A stretch of 64,000 nt of DNA. It comes from Azolla caroliniana. Its lineage: Eukaryota; Plantae; Polypodiophyta. Below the pieces are notes generated by a model. That model saw nothing but the letters and a program-made list of their open reading frames with translations. It made no database searches and was not told the DNA's origin. Shown piece by piece: positions 43,429 through 55,600 of the stretch; the stretch's first letter is position 1; every line of letters begins with the position of its first letter. Position numbers and translations under genes: made by a program. Location: positions 5,394,001 to 5,458,000 of the forward strand of contig JBHGNT010000015.1 of assembly GCA_043228905.1 (NCBI GenBank). The letters are read 5' to 3'.

Positions 43429-45994
43429 AGCTACAAATTGTCTGCAAACTACATAAATTTATGATTGCAAGAGATGTGATGTGGTTCATGTATGTTATTA
43501 GGGATGATAATACATATAATGGTGTGATCTTCGTAGTTATTTTGTAACAGTAAAAGCAGTTTAAATTCATTGTAATGTATGTAGATTGGATTACCACTAA
43601 TGAAAATAATGCCTACTATAAACATGAACATGCCTAAATACATCCCCACTAAGTCATAAATCTAAATGTATATTCTCTTCATATGTATGTTAAAAATCAT
43701 AATTATGGTTTAATTGGATGTATATCTTACGCTTGATGGCCTTAAACATTTATATCCAGTCATTGCAATGGAAATTAACTCACTCTTACTGTTCTCTTCT
43801 CCTCAAATTCGTGGCTCACATACCGGTCAAATTAACCAACACTTCTTTTTTGAATGGATCGTTTTACGAATCCAGTTTTCGCAAACCCAAGAATTTCTGC
43901 AACGATTTTGATTTCTGACGAGCCACGTTTCCCACATTTGCAACCCAAAAAACAAACATTTTGTTGGATTATATAATGTTTACTCGCTTGTCTTGATTAA
44001 ATGCAGCCAAATATGGCGCTAATGTACAAATGGAATGCTAGCAACATGATCACCATGAAAATTTAAAAATTTGTATTCTTTCAGTTTGCAAATCAATAAT
44101 AACAAGACAATATGGCGTGCATTCACGAAATGTGTAAAAGATTACAACAAGACAACGCATGCCAAAGCACCAAAAAATCAAAGAATTAACCTCAATGTTT
44201 GTATTTTGGAGTCATTTACACACAAAATCTAAGTTTCTGGGTTTGATTCTAAATCAATAGGCTTCCTGTTGCATTCCTTATAAAACTTTTGTGTTTGGGA
44301 GCACAACGCACGCTAGTGATTTGCTTCTAAAAAGATTGGCTTTACATGTTGCTGAATACATAAGTAAATTTATTAGTCAAAATTGCAACATTGATTATAG
44401 GTAGCATGTTGCCGAATAATCAATACATGGGCATTAATAAAATTCTAAGTGCAAATCAACAATGTATGATGTAATTCAAACAATTCATGATCATATCAAT
44501 CAAGTAATTTTGACAATTGCAAAAACATAGGGTTGATTCAACCAAATGCTATGAATGTAAGGAAAATCTGTTGCCTAAGGACATTTTGAGATTAAAAAAG
44601 TCTAAAGTGTTGCATTGATCTTGGTGCCTTGAGTATGCTCCACGAGGCATACAACTTATTGTGCTCGGTCAAATTTTCTGGGGTGTTAAATGTGTTGGCC
44701 CTAAGAATGCATAAAGTTGGCAAGGAGAGCCATGTTACTATGCACATTAGTCCAAAAATTTCTCTCATGGTCGAAGATGTTTGTATGTTAGTGCATCTTC
44801 GAAAACCTACTTTCAGTGTTTGGGAGATCTCTTATTGGGAGTATGTGTTTCACACGATCTCTTATTGGGAGTATGTGTTTCACACGTTCGATGGTCGTAT
44901 AAGGGGATCCATCTCAACACCAAACCAACTGAAGATTGGAGGTTAGTTCCACAACACCTTAGTTGGAAAATTACGAGCATGCATGTTGGCAACTCCATGA
45001 AACATGAGAGTTTCCATTGGAGTACCCTTTTAATAATCTCGTTAGGTTATGTGGAACCACATCAAGCATTCTTCTTAGCTGAATGGAGTCTTAATTGTAA
45101 ATTTTGACATGCTTGATGAGGATGGGCATGCTTTGGGTCCACATCGCAAATACGTTGGTCTAGATCAATACTTTAGCAACTATGCCCATTTGCTTGTTGC
45201 TACCACTAGATGCATCGCATATGCTCTTTGATTGGCAAATAAAGAACATTTAAAACACAAGTATCCCTTTGAGTGCATAATCAACTCAAAGTTTTTATTC
45301 CATAAAGATGGTGGAAATGTTGGGCATTGTCACACTCTTGGAAATAAGATTTGTTGGTTACACATTAGTTATGGACATACTCATAAGCAATAACTTTTAT
45401 TCATACACTTAACGACAATTCTAAAGTTAGGTTTCCAAACACATAGTTTGGAATAAATATTTTGGTTGCATTATTAGTTGCAAGAGGATGCCAAAATTTT
45501 CCACTGGCTAAGATATTGGTCACTCTGAAGTTTGGACCATTTGGGTAACCCAAAAGTGTGTCATATACTTTTGGTTTTTGAAGTCCTCTTTTCAAACAAT
45601 ATTTTTATGAAAGTTTTTAATTTGGGGAAATCTTTGTATGAGTATTTATTCTTTATTTTGATCAAAAAAACTTTGTAGATTTTTAATTTTACGGAGGTTT
45701 CCCCACTAAAAATATAGGGTTTGCTAGAAGGAAATTGAAAATAAGGCAAATCTAATAAGAACTAATAACTCTCCAATAGTTAAGGTTATGATTTCCTTTT
45801 TCATTAATTATTTCCATGTGTTGGTCATTTTGGAAACAAAAAGAAACATTGGAACACCCCGGACGTTGCTTTGTTTCCCCAAACACGCCTCACAAAGTTT
45901 TCCATGGGAGAAAAATCTACGGTCAATTCGATTCGTCCCATGCTTTGCAGGGAGGGAGTAAGACTTGAGACGTGGAGCTACCTTCTCTAGCAGG

Positions 45995-46420
45995 GATCGA
46001 GCCAGTGCATTTAACAAGCAATCACATTCCTAATCCTTCAACAATTACGATTGAGCATGAATGTGCAACTTTCCTTATCCATTCGCAGGAAGAGCACCCC
46101 TTTCTCTTGAGAGGTTACATTTTGGTCGTCTTTGACTCGCATTCTTGGGATGCAGCCAATGCATTTAACAAGCAACCGCATTCCTAATCCTTTAGCAATT
46201 ACGATCGAGCATGTGCATGCAACTTTCCTAATCCTTTCTCAGGAAGAGCACCCCTTTCTCTTGAGGGGTTACATTTTAGTCGTCTTTGACTCACATTCAT
46301 GGGATTGAGCCAATGAATTTAAGAAGCACGCCACTCTCTTAATCCTTCAACAATTGTGATCAGGCAGGTTACATGCGGCTTTCCTAATCCTGTCACAGGA
46401 AGAGCACCCACGCCTTTCTC
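45995..46420. repeat. ~153-bp unit x~2.7 upstream of the WD40 gene
   Basis: GCATTTAACAAGCAA...CCTAATCCTT...CAGGAAGAGCACCCC recurs at ~46008, ~46161 and ~46315. Confidence 0.85.
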
Positions 46421-46523
46421 CCGAGAAAATGGAATGAAAAGGAAGCTTTCAGGGGCATTTCGGGAATTTGGAGAAAATGGATCGCAGGGGCATTCTCGTA
46501 AATTTCCCAAAACCCTCCCAAAA

Positions 46524-46532
46524 TTTCCCGCC
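46524..46532 (+). promoter_or_regulatory. Canonical E2F site TTTCCCGCC
   Basis: Exact plant E2F consensus ~135 bp upstream of the WD40 gene ATG (46666). Confidence 0.55.
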
Positions 46533-46665
46533 CTTTTCTTTCTTTCATTCGTCTGCTTCGTTTCGTCGTCGTCGTCGTCTCCTTCTTCTTCTTCTTCTTC
46601 TTCTTCTTCTTCTGTTGCAGAGAAACGCAGCCGGATATCCCGAGCTCTCTCTGTGTTTCGGCGAC

Positions 46666-49600
46666 ATGGATCGGTACGTTATCATTCAAAAGAGAGATTC
46701 TTCTTCTACATCATCACCTGAGGAAGAGCGGTTTCCCAACAAGGAGGTTAAGACGCCGATATTCAGTTCTCGTTTCTGCAACAATGTCACATGGAGACAC
46801 GCCATAGCTGAATTACAGGGAAGAGTGGAACCTTCTCACAAACAAGCTGTCCTTCAATCTATGCTTCGATCCTTTTCCGAGGTATTTTTCTCCTTCGTTC
46901 CATTTTAAGCTTGACAATAGGTTTTAAATTTCCACTGCGGTCATAAGATTTTCTGCACTTATGCTTCAATACTTCTCTGAGGTATTTTCTTTTGCTTTCC
47001 ATTTAAATCTTAAAATTAACTTTTAGTTTCCCCCGCCATTTAAGATTTAATGATGTTGTTTCGTCACTGCAATATTTTTTCTGCATCTACACTCACAAAT
47101 TCGATGTCTCGAAAAAGATTATATTAGTTTTACTGGTGAGCTTCATTAGAATTTGTTGAATTCATTCTTTAACAGACACATCTCAATGTTTGAACGTTTT
47201 ATAACTCTGGATTTCTCTTTGAACCACATGTTGTCATCTAAAATTTGTCTCTAATGGATATATCCCCATAGTTGAAGTTTTTTAGGACCTTACATTTCTC
47301 TTTCAATGGTGAACCATCATCTAAGTTTTATTGCTAAGCAGATATGTCTCCATATTTGAAATTGTCTATGAATTTGGAGTTTTTGTCACCAATAAAACAT
47401 TGACTAAATCTGTTGGAATTATAATTAACATGCATATTAAAAAATCAGTTTTTTAGCCTTATGACATGTGAAGAATTTGAAGATTTTTTATACTGAAGAG
47501 GCCTAAAGTTTTTGAAAGTATTTATTCTTAGATATCTGCAAAATTGGAGTCATCTTCTACCTTCAATTTGAATATTTAGTGGCCATTTCCAAATATTGTT
47601 GTGCAAATTATGCTAAACCGAGTTTTTTTGTTTTCAAACATTGCTTTGAATCATTTGCAGATAGGGAAGTTCTCACAAGTAGATCAAAACTTCTACCCCA
47701 ATACGGTACTAAATCATTAACACGTTTTCTTGTTTCAATGTCTAGATTTTGTTCTTTTCTCATCCCACTGCACAGAATTTGACTTGGAGGTCTCTTTTGT
47801 CTATTTGGCATATTAAATGGAGTAACTTATGTAAAGCAGTATTTCAATACATACTAATGCTTTGGTGAACATACAAAGGGATGTAGAACTCATTGCATCT
47901 AGTGCTCCTCTGGACATATATTTTCATCATAGCTCACTAGATTTGAATGAAGCCAATTTTCGGTGTTAAAAAATTGTATTTTTCTCTGGCAGCAACATAT
48001 GCAGTCTACCCACTCGGATCAAGGTCTTAGTGCATATCTACATCATCCCAGTCAAATTGAAAGGGATTTCTTTGCCATGTCACACATCTCAAGGTTGTTA
48101 CTTGCAACCTCAAATGTAATAGACTTAACATGAGTTACGGGGTGCTGAAAAATGAAATTGAGTTAAATTACAATCTGCTTGGCCATCGAATGGCTCTTTA
48201 TGCATTGTATGATGTTCTTCTTTGTGATGGTTAAATTGGACGCCTATTCTTTTTGGGTATGGCATTTCAAACAAGTAATGCACAGGCATAATGCAAGTGC
48301 ATGTGCCAACTCAATTATTTGACTAGCCTTAAAAGTTGTTCATTTGTATATGATTGAATTAAGGCAGGCTTTAGGAGAGTGGCCTTATACAACAAGCGAT
48401 CAAAGTTGTATGGAGCCTACATAAATCTAATATCTTGGGAAAACACATTATTAAGAACTTGGAAACAACATGTGAACATGTAATAAATACCATGTAGCGA
48501 ATGCAACGTTGGCGCAGATGCATAGAATTTATTCTTGACTCAAACACTTGTAACAAAAGTGATTCTAGATGATGCATATTTAAGAAAAAATGCAGGTTGC
48601 ATCTTCCGGTTTAGAATTCTATTTGATTGTATAGTTGGACATGTCTTGGGCAATTCAACAATGCAAACTTCTATTGTTAGCAAAAAATATTGTGCAGTTA
48701 CTTTAAAGTATGGTTGAATAGAAGGTATAGGTTGTGACTTCTGGTATAACACTGTATTTGATTGCATATTTAATACTGTCTGCAAGCAAAAAATGGTGTA
48801 TGGATATCAGAAGATGCAGCATTCCTCTTGAATTTCAGTCTAATTTCTAGCATTGTCTTGCATTCCCTCTACTTAGTAATGAACTTTTGTGTGGGAGAAC
48901 TATGTCTACTCCCCTGGCCTCTAATTACACCTCTAATATTCGAGGAGAACTCAACTTTGTTGAAATGATCAGCGAAAAGGAGTGAAGCGGTTGGGTGATA
49001 TTGCAGCCAAGATATCCACGTTGAAAGAAAGAATAGTAAAGCATATCTAACACGTGATTTCTGTGCCTGGTTAAGTAACAATATTGATGACATTAATGTC
49101 AGAGGCCTCTCATTTAATCTTATTGCAAGCCTCAATAGGATAACAATGGGGAGGAGATATTTGACATTATAAACATGGCACAGAGTACCATTATCTGGAT
49201 TATGTAGGAAACAAGGCTTGTGGATATGAGAGACAGAGAAAATGGGGCATTACCTTTCACTACATATCTGCAAAACACAAAAAATTTCAACCCATGCAAC
49301 CCCAAATTTGAATATTTAGATTGGATATTGAACTTGCAGATCTAATATACTTCTTAATAGCAAGGTTATATACTCCTTATTTGGCCAAGTTTATAGTAAT
49401 TATGAAGCTGCACTATTAGATTTGCTTTACAGCATTTCATTACATAGTTATGATTGACCTAGACAAGGGAATATTCTGGCATTTGGATTATTATCACCTC
49501 GAAAGGTGACAGCGGTAATCTATAGCAATAGAAACTATATGATTCACAAAAGAATAGACAGGAAATTAATTGCAGATATCTGTTTTGCAGGCCTCACATA

Positions 49601-52600
49601 ACTGGGCTTGAGTTTGACTCAAAGGTGTGTATTATATGTATACTGGTAAATTTGTGGCCAATCAAATCGCATAATTCTAATAGATGTTCGTGATGAACTT
49701 TTTTAATGTGTCTTCATAGTCAGACATAATATCGAACGGTATTATTCGTTATTGGATTGAAGCCTGTTAGATTGTATTCTGGGACTTCTTTTTTTAAGTC
49801 AATCAGTGATTTACGAGATGGACTCCAACGGCATCACATTAATTGAAGTTTAGGGCAATATGGTCTTGGATTAATATCAGTTTCTGATATGCCTGGCAAT
49901 TCATTCCAGGGTGTATATTTGGCATCAGTCAACAGCACTGGTTCTCTTGCTATTCATGACTTTGAATCATTGTATTATCATGCTCAAGGTTTGCTACTGT
50001 TTATCTTAAAAATGTTCAAAATTCTACTATGATGGCCCTAGTCATTCCAATTATGTATTGCCATTTATAGCTTGCAAAAGTGAAGTTTTATTCCTGTTAT
50101 CCTCATGCCACCAGGTTCAATTAAGGACACAACGATGCCTGTGATGCAGTTGTCATTGTGCCGAAAACTGGAGGCTGTGAGTTGGAATCCCAAAAATCAG
50201 GATGAGGTAGATTATTCTTGCTTCTTCACATATCGTGCTCCATGTAGCTTGGTGTGAAAACACCACAATTCTTTCTTGCTTTCCTATTCTCTCATAATCT
50301 GTTCCCATAAAGTTGCTTTCATCTCCAACCTTCAGCTACTTTACTTTGCCAAAAAGTGTATCTTATAATAAAGCGTATTTTTCTTCAAGTTATTTATTTC
50401 TCAATTATTTGGTTCTGTCATAGTCTGGGTGGTTTTCCTATAGAATTTCTCTCCGGAAATCTTCTTGTACATTTACCATGTCAAAAAGTATGTTCTAAGA
50501 ATAGAAAAAGCAAGCTAGAGATTTGAATGTGCTAAATGTTCACATGGTTTATTTTTTGTTGGGTTATATAAAAGTCAGTTTCATGAAGATGCATGTTTAA
50601 TAACTCTGTTTTGTTTAAATATCATGTTTATGAACTTATATATGGATATAGATATATGTTTACACTGCATGGTTTTCTGTAGTCCTTTGGAAGACTTTGT
50701 TGCTGTAGTGATACACTTGTTTTCTACAAGTTGTCTCTAAGTAAATGACAAACTTATTCCATTGGTTCCCGTTAACATATACTTCTTCTATCGTCTAATT
50801 CTGTGGGAAAATCCAAAGAGGGGTGAAAGCCCCGTGATGATGTAAAAAGTAATGTGCTTGCTGTTTTTCAACTCGAAAAAGATTGTGAGAAAAGCAGTTA
50901 ATAGCAGCAGCGGAACAGTTGTTAGAACAAAATAGACACAGCCAAGCTGTGAGAAGGCTGTGAGACAGCAGTAGCAAAAATGGTTGCAAAGAGTAGAGAC
51001 ACAGCCAAAGAGTAGAGGTTGTTTTTAAGTAGCAACAGAAAATAATCTAGGAAGAGAGAATTTAGAACAGAGATAATAAAGATGAAAGAGAGTGCAGGTC
51101 TGGCTGCCACCCTCCAACACCTTCTCTCAGCTCCAGAACGGCGGTCCAACATTGAGTCGACTGAGGAGCTGATGAATGGCTTCCCTTGGAAGTGGCTTAG
51201 TAAATAAATTAGCCACATTTTCTTGAGTAGGGCAATATGCCAAATTAATGACTTGCGATTTCACCAATTTACGAACAAAATGGTAGTGAGCTTCGACATG
51301 TTTTGTTCTACCATGAAATGTTGAGCTATGTGCCAAGGCATGGGTACTTTGGCTGTCGGTGAAAACTGCAATAGGAGAGAGTCTTGCAAAAAACCATTGC
51401 ATTAACCATAGCAACTCACAACAAGTATCCAAGTTGGCGCGATATTCAGCTTCCGTCGATGAAGTAGAAACTGAGTTTTGCCTTTTCGATTTCCAAGAAA
51501 TCAAGCTTGAACTTAACATGAAACAATAGCCAGATGTGGACCTTCTAGAATCAATATCACCTGCCCAATCAGCATCTGAGTAGCCAACAAGCTCAATGCC
51601 GCCTCCAAAAGACAGACCTCCTCTATAGGGTTGGGAGGGAGGGATAAAAGAAGATAGGTTTGTGTGCTCTTTGGCAAAAAAATCAGACCGAGGATATGGA
51701 GACTTCACTGCTCTGATACCATGTGAGAAAAAGCTGTTAATAGCAGCAGCGGAACAGTTGTTGGAACAAAATAGACACAGCCAAGCTGTGAGAAGGCTGT
51801 TAGACAGCAGTAGAAAAAATGGTTGCAAAGAGTAGAGACACAGCCAAAGAGTAGAGCTTGTTTTTAAGTAGCAACAGAAAATAATCTAGGAAGAGAGAGA
51901 ATTTGGAACAGAGATAATAAAGATGAAAGTGCAGGTCTGGAGCTGCCACCCTCCAACAAAGATGACCGAGGGAATCTGTATGTCGAATACCTTGTCTGGT
52001 GCATGTTGATTAGATGTTGGTGCTGTTGTCTCTGATAACCTAGTTCTCTTAAAAGACATATATCTTTTTCTTGACCAGCTGCTCTGTCATCACTATTGTT
52101 AACCGATGTGGGCTCAAGCTATTTCTATTTCAAGAATGAGGCTGTATGGAGCTTGATTATAGTAATGCTTCAATTAAAGTTTCATATCAGCAAAGCTAGA
52201 TCTGTCTGGTCATTCCCGCACAACCTTAGAAACTTGGGAATACTAGTTGATTTACAAATAAGAATCAGCATCTATGCTACTTCGACAAGAAGATGGCCAA
52301 TGCTCATTTGTAATATAACTTGTGTTAGATGATGAATGGTGATAATGCTGAAGTGAGCTCTGTAATGCTCCAATGAATATTACCATCAGCAAGCTAGGTA
52401 CATGACCTCATTTTTTTCATACCTAAACTCTCTGGAATAATGAACTTGATTTAGGAGTCAGGATTCCAAGCCAGTGTGAACTGCAGACAAAGTGCCATGA
52501 CATGTACCTCTTATCTAAAAACTCATTGTTGTAGACTTGCTTAAACTAAGGTAGTTCCTAGTTGTATTTGTACTTCATCTATGCGTTGGTACTCTGAGAG

Positions 52601-55600
52601 CTTTTTTCTTTGTATGAATGAGATACCCACTGAAATCACACTATAAGTTTTATTGAGTATCATAGGCCATGCCTCTTTCGAGATGACAAAATGTAGTCTT
52701 ATGTTTTTTTGTTTACATTTACGTGTCAAAGGTCACACACATGATTGCGTAACTCTTGGCTGTTGGGACAGGGTTAGAAGGAACTACTCATGGTTTCAAG
52801 TTTTTCCATTGGAGTTCTGGAAAGTATGAACGATTTTTCAAATTAACAAATAAAGATGTGTATAGAGAGGGGGAGAGCAGATACGAACGAAACTACACCC
52901 TAGAAGAATTGCACTTAGATACAATTATTCTTGCCCTAGGGCTTGATAGTTTCATCAATGGGTGCTAACAAATGCCTTGGGAAATCTGGATTGATGAGAA
53001 ACGCATTGGCATAGAAAAGTAGTCTTTATTAACAACAAAGTAGTTCTATATTTCATAGCATGTTTTCTCAATTGTGCATGTTTTCATGATTTTTGTACTT
53101 CCAAGGATTCCTAGTTCTTTCTATTCAAAATGAGAAGGCAGATGGAGAGGTCTTTGCTTCTCTGATTGAGCCATAGTTTTTATGTAGAAGAAGGCTGATG
53201 AGTTGTCATATTTTATTTCTTAATAATATAAAAATGTTATTCGACAGTTTTGAAAACTTTTCTGCACGACTCTAAATATTTCCTAGTAGTTTGAAAGTAG
53301 AGCATACTGGTGATATGATATTGAAGATAATATGATTATGCCATACTAAAGGTGTTATTGGTGGTACTTTTGCTAATATAGGTTGCATGCGTTGCAACAT
53401 GGGGAGGCAAAGTCTATGTATATGATATCTCTTGTGTTACTGATGTTCCTTCACAGGTGAGCATGCTATCAAATCTTCCAGATCGGTGTACTATGAAAGT
53501 TCATTTCAATGATATTATTTTTTGAAGGATTGTTTTCGCGTGTTTAATTTCTTCAAGGATACACCATCTGTTTGAAGACTATCTTCCACAAATAAATATG
53601 TGGATTGTTTCAAATTAAAAATGGACTGAGAAGATGACCTAGTGATCAAGGCCTTGTTTCTTATACATACCAAGATTGGGGATTTAATTCTGCACTCTAC
53701 AATGGCCTAGTGATCAAGGCCTCTTTTCTTATACAAACCAAGATTGGGGATTCAAAGGCTTCAGGCCAGTCTGTAGTATCATGTTTATACTGTACACTTT
53801 CATAATTGAAGCCACCAATCTCAAAATAAAATAATATAAAAACAGAATCTCCAATAATTATGTTCTATGGTACATCGTGGGAGGTTTCATTGGATTCCTC
53901 TTTCTCTCTCTCTCTCTCTCTCAGAATGTGGTGTACATTATTCTGGTCCTCTAGCCTTTTAAATATGTAATTAATATATATCAGAATTTGCTTACAATCC
54001 AATGGACCTTACTTGCTGGTTAAAGACCTTTTTGCATCTCAGCATCCATTTCCATACCAGTACAAAACATTATTAAAAATGATCCAACTAATACACTTCA
54101 CTTGGTTTCATGGAAAGAATTCCAGGAAATACAGCAAGCATGCGAAGAGTGGAGTTTGATTATAAATGGGTTACTCTTGGCTAGCTAAGCTGCAGGAAAT
54201 GATGTTTTATAAAAGGGAGTCTAACGTAAAGAGATGATTTACTGCACTGGAATGTTGATTATGCAAGACATGTCCCAGACTAACTGTGTGGGACGGATTC
54301 CTGGTGATGTCTTTTTGCTGTCGGTAATAGAATTATCTGCAGTCTCCTCTCCCACCTACATGAGTACATGAAGAGTGTTCATTGACATCCTTGCCACTGA
54401 CTGAGATGGTTAGACGCTGATGAATGATCAATGAAAAATTTCCTAATGCTTGCATACCTCTAGATGCTTATGCTGGTGAACTGTGAAGCTCATTCTCTCA
54501 GCCATTGCATACATGATGCAATTCCAGATGGTCTTCATATTTACTTTTCTAATCTGTTCATTTATCATGGCTCCATGTGCTCAGAAATTTCTAGACGTTG
54601 AACACTGTAAATATGCGCATGTAATAGCTTTTTTGCATTTATGATTTTATTGTACCGATTATGCTCTGAGTAGACTGGTTGCTATAAATGATCAGGCACA
54701 AGTTTCACAATTTTCTGAGATTACTGCCCATGATGTTTGTGGATTGAAATAAGTCTGTGCAAGGAGAATACTAAGTAATGTTCATTGAATTATTCTAGAT
54801 AAGGTGCCAGTATCCGCAAACATTCTTTAAAAGCATTTCTAGAGTTAATGATCTATTTTCAAGAAATTTTGAAATGGTTTCAGGTGTTGAAGGTAAAATC
54901 TACTGTTGCAAAGAGTATGGAATCTACTGGTTTACTTGATGTTACTTTCTCTAAGCTTCATGAAAACAGGTGTTCAAACTATGCCACTTTGTAGAGTTAA
55001 CTCATATTGAATGTAGCTTATTTTTGGAATATATTAATACAATGGACATGCTTTTGTGTATGAAGAGTTATTGCATGTGGAAAGCATGGGGAGATATATG
55101 TTTGGGATAGGAGGGCGAGCAATGTATCTCAATCTACATTTTCATGTCAACAAGGAGGCCACCTTACCAATTTGGCATTGGCAAGAGATGAACAGGTGTG
55201 TTTGTTATTCCTGTGAAAATTTGCATATCAAAACTAAATTCGCACTTATGTTTTTTGTAAGAGAGATCATCCTTCATGGTTCAAATGCTTCCTAAAACTA
55301 CCATGCTCATTTTCTATACAGTTTTCGTTTTCATATACCCTGTTAATATATTGTGATAGTGATGTGTGAACACGCTTATGATAGCTAGGGCTTTTTTACC
55401 ACTTTAGGAGTCTTTTACTATAGCCAAAAAGTATAACCCTGATGAACAAGACACTTACGTGCTCTTCTAGTTTTGATATACTCTCCCACTTTCAGCTGCT
55501 TGTGTGCTTCTTCAGACACGTAATACAACAATTGGTATTAGAGCATCTTGTTTCCCTCTTCTTTCGGTGTCATCAACATCTTCTATTTTTGATGTACTCT

